Under the pieces are notes generated by a model. It did no database searches. It was given only the letters and a program-made list of their open reading frames with translations, and was not told the DNA's origin. A stretch of 64,000 nt of DNA, taken from NCBI GenBank assembly GCA_031367385.1, contig JANLPS010000514.1:21366-85365 (forward strand), written 5' to 3'. The DNA is from Archangium sp. (GTDB lineage: Bacteria; Myxococcota; Myxococcia; Myxococcales; Myxococcaceae). Made by a program: the position numbers and the translations under genes. Shown in pieces: positions 1 to 8,104 of the stretch (the stretch's first letter is position 1; each line of letters starts with the position of its first letter).

Positions 1-373
1 AAACCCTTCGGCTCAGCTCGCAGAATCGGTCGACGTTGCGCGTCGCTTGCTCTGCGTTCTTGGCGAGCATCATCATGAACTGCATCAGCGCGAGGCCTCC
101 GTCTTGAGTGGTCTCATCATCAATTGGCTCATCGTCGAGTCCGGGTCCCGCATCAGGCGGGCTTGATTCAGTGACTCCCACGCTCGGCGGCGTGCCTGGT
201 GACAAGGGTCGAAGCAGGTCGCTTGGCGCGCTGGTCGCGCTGCGTCGGGCGACGGCGATTCGCTCGCTGTTCGAGCTGGTCTCCTGTGACGTCGAGAGCT
301 CGAGCAGCCGCCACCCCAGCACGACCACTGCGATCATCGCGCCGATGATCACCAGCCACTTGATTCGTTTCAC
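1..373 (-). CDS. Partial hypothetical membrane-anchored protein (runs off the window start)
   Basis: GTG at 373 overlaps the upstream stop (GTGA). It reads MKRIKWLVIIGAMIAVVVLGW (N-terminal hydrophobic anchor) and stays open to position 1. Not in the supplied ORF track. Confidence 0.7.
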   Translation of the reverse strand, partial: MKRIKWLVIIGAMIAVVVLGWRLLELSTSQETSSNSERIAVARRSATSAPSDLLRPLSPGTPPSVGVTESSPPDAGPGLDDEPIDDETTQDGGLALMQFMMMLAKNAEQATRNVDRFCELSRRV

Positions 374-1914
374 GATTTTCGCCGCCAAGAGAACAGGGCG
401 AGGCCCAACGCGGTGCTGCTCAGCGGCATCACGGCCCATGGCCACGAGGTCGAATTCGGCGGAGCGACGGGCGGCTCGAGCGGAGTGACTGACGGGCGCT
501 CCCAGAGCGTCAAATCGCCCTTCCACGCGCTGCGCAGATCGAAGCCTCGACTCTGCAGCAACCGGGTGGCCCGAGAATCTGCCGTGATGACCCACCGCAG
601 GTGCAGCACGTCGGCCTGCGCCAAGACCTGATCGAGCGCCGCCTGCCCTCGCGCGTCACCCAATGGCAGCTCGTCGAGGTTCACGAACCCGGTGCCCTTG
701 AGCGACGAGGCGGCGACCCACGGCAGCCCGGTGTCGAGGCTGGGAGCGCGAACCCTGCGGGCAAGCTCGAAGCGCGCGGCGCCGACATGCAACGTCAAGT
801 AGCGAAACGATTCGCTGCCAGGTTGCTCGAGTGCGATTCGGGCTTCTCGCAGCGCGTTGTTGCGGTGCCCATAGCCGTCGTTGTTGCTGCCTCCCAAGAC
901 CATTGAGCTGGTGAGCAACAGACCGAGCACCGCGACCAGGCCCGCCCGGGCGTTGAGCGTCGGAGGCACCGAGGTCGTGCTGACCAGCGCCCACCCGGTG
1001 GCCGAGAACGCCGCCGCCAACCAGAGCCATTTGTCTGCGGCGACTCCCGGCATCACGTGGGTCACAGACAGCACGGCGAGGGCGATCAGCACGAAGCCGA
1101 TCAGACGACCGGTGCGGCCGCCGAGGCCCAGGCTCACCACCGCGCTCCAGGCGATCATGCCCCACACGACGGCGGTCGAGACCAGGTTGCCGCCATCGAG
1201 CTTGCTGCCCGGCATCGCTGGGGCTGCCCACATCAGCTCGATGAACGGCTTGAGGGCGAGCGCGGCGATGACGACGGCTGCCGCGCCTGAGGCCAGCACA
1301 CCGAACCTCCATCGCGAGGTCGCTCCGCGCGAGGTCAGCGCCATCACCGCAACCACTGCCAGCGCGACGACTGCCGCAGCGTGCGTGCACACGGCGGCAG
1401 CAGCGAAGAGCGCTCCAGCGACCAGCGCGCGGGGGCCTTGGGTATCAGACAGCCAGCACGCACCCGCGACCAACGCGAACGCGGTGCCGACGAGAAACGG
1501 CGCCTGCCCGAAGGGGAACAAAAACAGGTACCCGAGCGGGTTCGCGGCGGTGAGCCATGCGGCCACGTCACCGGCGCGAGGCGACTCGAGCCGCTCGACG
1601 AAGAGGCCCATCGCCGCAGTCAGCACCACCGGCGTGAGCGCGATGATCACCGCATACGACCGCTCGAGCCCGACGAAGGGTACCCGCGCGAGCAGTGCGA
1701 TCATCTGGTGCAACAGCGGCGGGTGGCCGGCGAAAGAGTGCCCGAGGTCCCACTGGGTGCTCCAGACGCTGGTGAAGGCGCTCAGCGCGTGCTGCGCGAG
1801 GCTCAAGTGCAGCTCGTGCGCGGGCTGCATCGGCAACCCACCGAGCACGCCGTACACGCCGAGCGCCCAGGCCAACAACAGGGCTCCGGTTCGCGGCGTG
1901 AGGCTCGAGGTCAT
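370..1914 (-). CDS. Polytopic membrane protein, GT-C-like (resembles PTPS-related membrane family)
   Basis: Many TM segments and an N-terminal loop W-x3-W-x2-G...HPPLLH. Start moved to ATG 1914, which forms an ATGA overlap with the GT4 stop. Confidence 0.6.
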   Translation of the reverse strand: MTSSLTPRTGALLLAWALGVYGVLGGLPMQPAHELHLSLAQHALSAFTSVWSTQWDLGHSFAGHPPLLHQMIALLARVPFVGLERSYAVIIALTPVVLTAAMGLFVERLESPRAGDVAAWLTAANPLGYLFLFPFGQAPFLVGTAFALVAGACWLSDTQGPRALVAGALFAAAAVCTHAAAVVALAVVAVMALTSRGATSRWRFGVLASGAAAVVIAALALKPFIELMWAAPAMPGSKLDGGNLVSTAVVWGMIAWSAVVSLGLGGRTGRLIGFVLIALAVLSVTHVMPGVAADKWLWLAAAFSATGWALVSTTSVPPTLNARAGLVAVLGLLLTSSMVLGGSNNDGYGHRNNALREARIALEQPGSESFRYLTLHVGAARFELARRVRAPSLDTGLPWVAASSLKGTGFVNLDELPLGDARGQAALDQVLAQADVLHLRWVITADSRATRLLQSRGFDLRSAWKGDLTLWERPSVTPLEPPVAPPNSTSWPWAVMPLSSTALGLALFSWRRKS

Positions 1915-3149
1915 GCGGGCGGGCAGACCACCAGGTTGGCGCGGCCCGGGTGAATCGCAGGGGCCGCGTGCATGTGGGTGGGGGCGAGCCACCGCTCCAT
2001 CGAGCGGTCTTCGACGAGGTCTCTGAAGATGCGCGCGAGCTTGTGCGCCTGGGTCTCGAGCGTGACCCGGCGTGCGACTGCCAGGTTGCCCTCGCCCATG
2101 CTGGCGGCGAGCTTTTCGTCGGTGAGCACCTGGCGAAGTGAATCGACCAACGAGGGTTGATCATCGAACACCAGCGCCGAGCCGCCTTCGAAGCGCAGCT
2201 GCTCGAGAAGGGCGGCTTCATTCGAGAGCACGACCGGCCGCCCGTAGCTGCGGCAGAGGTTGAGCACTCCAGAGGCGCCCGCGTTGGTGCGGTACGGCAA
2301 GACGACCACCGAGACCGAGGTGAACAGCTTCGAGAGGTCGGCCTCGGGCACGTACCCGGTGAACTTGACGAACGGTGACGAGCTGTAGCGGGCGACGAGC
2401 TGCTGATAAATCTCGGGGAAGTACGGGTGCGCGCCCCCGCCCAACACCAGCTCGGCGGGCACGCCTGACTCACGCAGCTGCCGCGTCGACTCGACGAGCA
2501 GGTCGGCGTCTTTGAATGCGCCCCAGAAGCCGAACGACAAGATGCGAGGGGTGGCGATGACCGGAGGCGTGCTGACCTTGGCGCCCCAGGTGCCGTGCGA
2601 GAGGTGGGCGACGTTGTCGCTGCCCATCGCCTGCAGCGCGGCCTGCATGCTGGGCATGGTGACGGTGACGAGGTTCGAGCGCAGGTACAGATGGCTTGCG
2701 ACCCGCATGCCGAGCTGGGTGGCTTTGCCGACGCCCATGCGATCGAGGCGCACGGTGTCGCCGATGGTGTGGAGCGTGGTGACGACCTTGTGGCCGGCCA
2801 TTCGGAGGCCCAGCGGCACCGCAGCTCCGGCGATGCTGGCGCGGCGGCTCTTGCCCCAGGTGCGAATGCCGGCGTTCACATAGACCACGTCGGCGTTGAG
2901 CGCGGTGGCCTCGGTGGCGATCGCGACGAACGACGTCGGCTCGTCGAGCGACCAGCGTCGGCGAATCGTCAGCGTCGGGCTGACCACCTCGGTCTCGGGC
3001 GCTCCGGCGACTCGATTGGCGATGACGGTAACTCGCGCGACGCCTTCGGCGGTTGAGAGCGCATGACTGACGTGAAACCCGTACTCCGCCAAGTTGCCGC
3101 GGTCTGGGGGGTAGGTCGACACAACAACGACGTGAAGAGAAGAGGCCAT
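1911..3149 (-). CDS. Glycosyltransferase, GT4/GT-B family
   Basis: STYPP..GNLAEY N-terminus; FGFWGAFK, TGYVP, VVVLPY, SG and GRPVV motifs. Confidence 0.9.
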   Translation of the reverse strand: MASSLHVVVVSTYPPDRGNLAEYGFHVSHALSTAEGVARVTVIANRVAGAPETEVVSPTLTIRRRWSLDEPTSFVAIATEATALNADVVYVNAGIRTWGKSRRASIAGAAVPLGLRMAGHKVVTTLHTIGDTVRLDRMGVGKATQLGMRVASHLYLRSNLVTVTMPSMQAALQAMGSDNVAHLSHGTWGAKVSTPPVIATPRILSFGFWGAFKDADLLVESTRQLRESGVPAELVLGGGAHPYFPEIYQQLVARYSSSPFVKFTGYVPEADLSKLFTSVSVVVLPYRTNAGASGVLNLCRSYGRPVVLSNEAALLEQLRFEGGSALVFDDQPSLVDSLRQVLTDEKLAASMGEGNLAVARRVTLETQAHKLARIFRDLVEDRSMERWLAPTHMHAAPAIHPGRANLVVCPPA

Positions 3150-3230
3150 CGGCGCTCATCATATGAGACCGTGCATCGTTGACCTAAAATCTCACCAGCA
3201 AGTCTGGCAGTTTGGTGCGTTTCAGCGCAC

Positions 3231-3248
3231 ACTCGTGCAAATATGCAC
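3231..3248. promoter_or_regulatory. Candidate enhancer/operator ACTCGTGCA-N4-TGCAC (copy 1)
   Basis: Inverted repeat TCGTGCA-AATA-TGCACGA overlapping the start of the activator gene; the same motif recurs at 5028-5045. Confidence 0.5.
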
Positions 3249-5015
3249 GACGAGCTCGGCACACCTGAATCGCGGCGCGTGCACCGCCGCATACCCGCGA
3301 GGCTCGAGGTCGAGGTGGTGGGCCCGGGGCTTCAGCTGGTGGGGCTCACGACCAACGTCAGTCAGGGCGGAGCGGCGTTGCGCCTGGTGGGTGCGGCACC
3401 CACGGTCGTCCCCATCGGCCTCGAAGTCGAGGCGAAATTTCGGCTGCCTGGGCAACCCACCGCGGTGCGCATGCCGGCGCGGGTCGCCTGGCTGACCGAA
3501 CGGAGCGCCGATGGAGCCGCGGCGCAGGAGCTGGGGCTTCAGTGGAGCGAGGGCACGTCGGTGCGTGGGCTCGAGATCTTCTTGAGCGGGTTTCGATTTC
3601 GGGTGGTGGTGCTCGACTTGCTGCTGGGGCCGATCTTCGAGCGCGAGGTCGAGCGGGCGGCTGACGTGCTGTCGCTCTCTGACCCGCGGGTGCTGTGGGA
3701 GTTGCTGCGCGGGCCCGAGGTGGGCTTGGTGCTCTGCCGAGCGTCGCCCGACGTGCTGCGAGAAGTGGTGAACCGCACCGAGGCCGAGGGTACGCCGGTG
3801 GTGGTGATCACGAGCACGGTCGAGCCCGAGCTGCGGGCGCTGCTGACCCGGCAGCAACGGGTCATTTGCCAACCCAGCTCGGTCGACCCGGTGGCGCTGG
3901 GGGCGCTGGTGGTTCGGCTGCTCGATGCGACCACGCAGTCGAAAGAGAATGATCGCCTGGCCGTCGGGCTCGAGACCGAGCTGCGGGCGCTGCGCGAAGA
4001 GAAAGCGGCGCTCAAGGGCCAGCTGGCCCAGGGGGGCCCGGCCCATCGGTTGCTCGGCACCAGCGCCCCGATGAAGCGGGTCAGCGAGGCCATCGACCGG
4101 CTGGCGCGCCTCGATACGACGGTGTTGCTGGTGGGCGAGACGGGCACCGGCAAGGGGGTCACCGCCAGGGCGGTTCAGAAATCGAGCCGCCGCGCCGAGA
4201 AGGTCTTCATCACCCAGAACTGCGCCGCGCTGCCCGAGTCATTGCTCGACAGCGAGCTGTTCGGCCACGTGCGAGGCGCGTTCACCGGCGCGGTGAGCGA
4301 CCGAGCAGGGCTGTTCGAAGCCGCGAGCGGCGGCACCGTTTTTCTCGACGAGCTCACGGAGATGTCAGCCGCGATGCAGGCGAAATTGCTGCACGTTCTG
4401 CAGGAGGGAGAGCTGCGGCGGGTCGGCTCGACCCAGTCGACGCGGGTCGATGTGCGCGTCATCTGTGCCACCAACCAGCCGCTCGAGCCGCTGGTCGAGA
4501 GTGGGCGCTTTCGCGAAGACCTCTATTACCGCCTGGCGCCCTTCGTGATTCACCTGCCGCCCCTGCGCGAGCACCGTGAAGACATCGCTCTGCTGGCTGG
4601 GCACTTTCTGGCGGAGTTCGAGATGCGGCATGGCGGTGAGGCGCGCACGCTGGCCGGCCCTGCCATCGCGGCCCTCGAGCAGGCGCCGTGGCCGGGCAAT
4701 GTGCGGCAGCTCCAGCACTTGATGGAGCGGCTGGCGATCACCGCGGCGCCGAACGGTGCCATCGGAGCCGCGCAGGTGCGCGAAGCCCTCAATGTACCGA
4801 CGCCTCGAACGAAGCAGCAGGCCAGCGAGGCGACCCGAAAGGCCGGCGAGTCGCTCGACGAGGCGCTGCAGCGAATCGAGAAGGCGATGGTGATGGACGC
4901 GCTGGAGTCGACGCGCTTCGTAATCACCGACGCCGCTGAAAAGCTGGGGGTGAACCGTTCGACGCTCTCGCGGCGGCTCACCCGGCTCGGCATCAAAATA
5001 CCGAACGCCTCGTGA
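3243..5015 (+). CDS. Sigma54-dependent enhancer-binding protein with N-terminal PilZ domain, degenerate REC-like region and Fis HTH
   Basis: PilZ motifs RRVHRR (RxxxR) and NVSQGG; Walker A GETGTGK, ELFGHVRGAFTGA, FLDE, FREDLYYRL, WPGNVRQL; C-terminal AAEKLGVNRSTL. Confidence 0.92.
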   Translation: MHDELGTPESRRVHRRIPARLEVEVVGPGLQLVGLTTNVSQGGAALRLVGAAPTVVPIGLEVEAKFRLPGQPTAVRMPARVAWLTERSADGAAAQELGLQWSEGTSVRGLEIFLSGFRFRVVVLDLLLGPIFEREVERAADVLSLSDPRVLWELLRGPEVGLVLCRASPDVLREVVNRTEAEGTPVVVITSTVEPELRALLTRQQRVICQPSSVDPVALGALVVRLLDATTQSKENDRLAVGLETELRALREEKAALKGQLAQGGPAHRLLGTSAPMKRVSEAIDRLARLDTTVLLVGETGTGKGVTARAVQKSSRRAEKVFITQNCAALPESLLDSELFGHVRGAFTGAVSDRAGLFEAASGGTVFLDELTEMSAAMQAKLLHVLQEGELRRVGSTQSTRVDVRVICATNQPLEPLVESGRFREDLYYRLAPFVIHLPPLREHREDIALLAGHFLAEFEMRHGGEARTLAGPAIAALEQAPWPGNVRQLQHLMERLAITAAPNGAIGAAQVREALNVPTPRTKQQASEATRKAGESLDEALQRIEKAMVMDALESTRFVITDAAEKLGVNRSTLSRRLTRLGIKIPNAS

Positions 5016-5019
5016 AGAA

Positions 5020-5047
5020 GTGCACGAACTCGTGCATTGCTGCACAC
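5020..5047. promoter_or_regulatory. Candidate upstream activating sequence (TGCAC/GTGCA repeats, copy 2)
   Basis: GTGCACGAACTCGTGCATTGCTGCAC lies about 55-80 bp upstream of a sigma54 promoter. Confidence 0.5.
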
Positions 5048-5097
5048 TCATCTCGCCTGGGTCAAAGCAAGATCATGAGGTTGAAGAGACCCCAGGC

Positions 5098-5114
5098 CAG
5101 GTATGCGCCTTGCT
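5098..5114 (+). promoter_or_regulatory. Sigma54 (-24/-12) promoter
   Basis: CAGGTATGCGCCTTGCT: GG(5100-5101)-N10-GC(5112-5113) with TTGC at -12. Confidence 0.6.
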
Positions 5115-5126
5115 GAGCGCTGGGGC

Positions 5127-6749
5127 ATGAACCGGCGAATCGTTTGGGCGGTGATCGTTCTCAGCGGCTGCGGCGTGGCAAGCGAGCAAGGCGAACGGCC
5201 TGTCGCCTTCGACGTTGGCGAGTCGAACGACCCGATCGTAAAGGCGCAAGCGCTGGCGGTCACGACCGACACCGTCTCCATCACCTTGAAGAACACCACG
5301 GCGTACGCCTTCTCACAGGGGCTCTTGTTGTTCTCAGTCCCGTTCACGGTCAATGGCACGGCCACGGTGCCGATGACCAAGTTCATCAGCAGCTCGAGCG
5401 CGACCCACAGCGACGCAAACGCCTTCGCCACGAACCTGGGGTTGACGGTGAACACGAGTGCGTTCCTGGTCGCGGCGCTCCCGAAGACGACGGGCACGAC
5501 GACGGTCACCATTCAGGTGCCCAGCGGCTCGAAGGTGACCTACGTCGCCCGCGTCGAAGGCTCGGTCGACGACTTCGTGGCGGCGGTCGACGTGCCGCTG
5601 ACCGGCTCGGCCCCCGGCCCGGTCAACGCCGTGCTTCAGGGGTACGACCTCGCAGACGCCGCGAACATCACCACCCTGGGCAACGGCACAACTGGCCAGA
5701 CCCTCGGCGCGACGTCGATCGTGGTCAACAACCTGAGCGATTGCCCGGCGGGCGCGGTGACGGTGAGCGAGAACCTGCTGACGAGCGACTTCAGCGCAGG
5801 CGTCGGCTCGAAGGCGTGGCCCGTGGGCTTCGGGTGGGACGGCGAGTTCAACGGCGATTGGTACACCGATGGCGTCACCGCGCGCGTCTACAACCCGAAC
5901 TGGGGCGGTGCTGACCCTGCCGCGCCGATACCGACGGTCACCGGGTTTTGGAAGCGGCTCGATGTGTGCCCGGCAGTCGGCGCGTTGCTGCAGCTCGACG
6001 CGAAGGTGACGACGCAGTTCACCGACAGCACCAGCGACACGACCCTGGTCGTCTACTTCTTCGACCGCGCCGGAGCGCTGATCAGCGTCACCACCAACTG
6101 GCCGATCTACGACCAGAGCGATCGCACCACCGCCGTTCATGACGCCGTCATCCCCACGGGGACGCGGCGCATCGTGGTCGCGCCGATGGCTCGGTTGGGC
6201 ACCTCTGAACAGGGCGACGTCTTCTATGACCAGATCAGCGCCGACTACGAGCCGTCGACCATCTATACGAACACCACGCTCCAGACCGACGACTTCTCGC
6301 AGCTGCAGGGTGGCACGTACGGCAGCAATCAGCCCAAGGGCTGGGCCGAGTTCGGCGGCGACTGGTACGGCATGACCGCGAAGGGTTGGGCGACGCTGGG
6401 CAACCCGTCGTGGGTGGCCGGCGGCAAGACCAACGTCGACACGGGCCTGACGAAGTCGTTTTCGCTATCGGGCTTCGGCACCGGTGACTTCATCAACGCG
6501 AAGATCTTCGCCGCGGCGACCTTCACCGACCCGACCTCGTTCGTTCGTCTGCGCTTGGTGTTCAACAACGGCACCTTCGTCGAGTCGCAGCGCCAGGTTC
6601 GCGGCTGGGGCAACCTCGAGGTGCGACGCCAGGCAGTGCCGACGGGGGCGAGCAGCGTGACCGTGATCGTCAACGCCTTCTTGGGCCCGAAGGAGACGTC
6701 GTCGCTCTACGTCGACGACTTCGTGATGCTGAAGGCGCACAAGAACTAG
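5127..6749 (+). CDS. Lipoprotein with spondin-N-like region and two tandem carbohydrate-binding-like beta-sandwich domains
   Basis: Lipobox LSGC after ATG 5127; duplicated domain (GWDGEFNGDWY...NPNW / GWAEFGGDWY...NPSW); Thr/Ser/Val-rich. Domain names are inferred. Confidence 0.65.
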   Translation: MNRRIVWAVIVLSGCGVASEQGERPVAFDVGESNDPIVKAQALAVTTDTVSITLKNTTAYAFSQGLLLFSVPFTVNGTATVPMTKFISSSSATHSDANAFATNLGLTVNTSAFLVAALPKTTGTTTVTIQVPSGSKVTYVARVEGSVDDFVAAVDVPLTGSAPGPVNAVLQGYDLADAANITTLGNGTTGQTLGATSIVVNNLSDCPAGAVTVSENLLTSDFSAGVGSKAWPVGFGWDGEFNGDWYTDGVTARVYNPNWGGADPAAPIPTVTGFWKRLDVCPAVGALLQLDAKVTTQFTDSTSDTTLVVYFFDRAGALISVTTNWPIYDQSDRTTAVHDAVIPTGTRRIVVAPMARLGTSEQGDVFYDQISADYEPSTIYTNTTLQTDDFSQLQGGTYGSNQPKGWAEFGGDWYGMTAKGWATLGNPSWVAGGKTNVDTGLTKSFSLSGFGTGDFINAKIFAAATFTDPTSFVRLRLVFNNGTFVESQRQVRGWGNLEVRRQAVPTGASSVTVIVNAFLGPKETSSLYVDDFVMLKAHKN

Positions 6750-6769
6750 TTTGTTTGGTTCGTCTGCGC

Positions 6770-7912
6770 TCACGAACCATTCGCCCAGTGCGCCGAGAGG
6801 CTCTGCCCCGCTCCGCTCAACGAGCCGTCGGGCCGCATGACCCAGAAACCGCGGCAGCCATTCTGCGCGCTGCACTCGTTGTCGAAGATCTGCCAGTACA
6901 CCGCGCCTCGAACGTCGTTCTTCTTCGCCACCGCGAGCGTGCGCTCGATCAGCTCGGCCGCGGGCGCCACCTCGTTCTCGTTCTCAGCGAAGCCGAGCTC
7001 GCCCAACATCACCGCTGAGCCCGCCGGGGCGAATTGGCGAATCGTGGCGAGGGCAGTCGTCAGCCGTGTCTCAAGCACGTCGGCGCTGGCGCCTTCGAGC
7101 GCTTCCCACGCTGAGTACGAGATCAGGTCGGCGCAGGCGTTCGGCACGACCGCGCTGATCACCCGCGGGCCCACGCCGACGTCGAGCACCCGGTTGACTT
7201 CGATGGCATCGGCGATGGCGACCCCAGGGCGTGCTTCGCGATCACGCGCCACCGCGATGGCCTGGTGCCGCGACGACAACCACTTCGACATTCGCTCGAT
7301 GCGGTCGGCCGGGGCAATCGTGCTCGGGTCGTAGTTGCCGAACAGCGCCCAGTCGCCTTCCCACGTCTGAAGCACGAAGGTCTTGCCGCTGCCCGCGTAG
7401 CGCGTCGAGAGCAAGGTCACGAGCTCGTCGAGCTCTTGCGCTTCGGCTGACAAGAGGCCGTCGACCTCGCGGCCTCTCCACGGGTCGCCGCTGCCCATCG
7501 AGAACGAGTAGGTGGTCAACACGAAGGTGTCGAACGGTTGGTCGAACACGTCGCGAAAGGCCTGCGAGTCGGCGAGCGCAGCGAGTGAGCCGATGCCCTC
7601 GGGCCACGCCTGCGGGTACTTGGTTCGAAACTCGGGCGTGAGAAAGAGCTTGAGCGTTCGCGCCCCGAGCTCGCGTGCACGCAGCGCTCCGGCCTGGAGA
7701 AACGATTCAGACGCCTGATGCCGAACCGCGTAGGTGCCGGCCACGTGCGCCACGCCCAGGCCGATGGTGCTCGGAGGCCGGGGGCGACAGGCGAGGGTCA
7801 CGGGTGCCGTGGGCGGCGAAGCGACGCTCGCAGTCGAGCGCTCGGGCGGCGCTCCGCAGTGGGTCAGCATCGCCAAGCCAAACAGCACCATCGTCAGTCG
7901 TTGAGCGTTCAC
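6770..7912 (-). CDS. Lipoprotein, putative clan GH-A glycoside hydrolase (TIM barrel)
   Basis: Signal ending LTHC; candidate acid/base in QTWEGDW and nucleophile in MLGELGF; YWQIFDNE. Start moved to GTG 7912. Confidence 0.6.
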   Translation of the reverse strand: MNAQRLTMVLFGLAMLTHCGAPPERSTASVASPPTAPVTLACRPRPPSTIGLGVAHVAGTYAVRHQASESFLQAGALRARELGARTLKLFLTPEFRTKYPQAWPEGIGSLAALADSQAFRDVFDQPFDTFVLTTYSFSMGSGDPWRGREVDGLLSAEAQELDELVTLLSTRYAGSGKTFVLQTWEGDWALFGNYDPSTIAPADRIERMSKWLSSRHQAIAVARDREARPGVAIADAIEVNRVLDVGVGPRVISAVVPNACADLISYSAWEALEGASADVLETRLTTALATIRQFAPAGSAVMLGELGFAENENEVAPAAELIERTLAVAKKNDVRGAVYWQIFDNECSAQNGCRGFWVMRPDGSLSGAGQSLSAHWANGS

Positions 7913-8104
7913 GACTGTGGGTGATTTCAGTATTCGTTCCACCCAAAAGGGCAGCGGGCCCGAAGGGTTACGGCCCCGCGTGCCGGGTGGCGTCGTCGAA
8001 CGAGGTCGGCAGCGACTGGTGAGCACTGTAGGGTTTTCGCGCACCATGTCGCATGTGTTGCGACTCCATTGTGAGCGGCTTACCCTCTCGATTTGAGAGG
8101 CCTC

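Noticed and set aside
3204..3220. TGGCAG...GTGC as a sigma54 promoter for the activator
   Set aside because: GG to GC spacing is 9 nt, not the required 10.
7934..8003. Hairpin as a c-di-GMP-I riboswitch or SRP RNA
   Set aside because: Lacks the two-stem GNRA/receptor layout and GCAAA-type junctions of that riboswitch, and the SRP GGAA loop motif; kept only as an unassigned structure.
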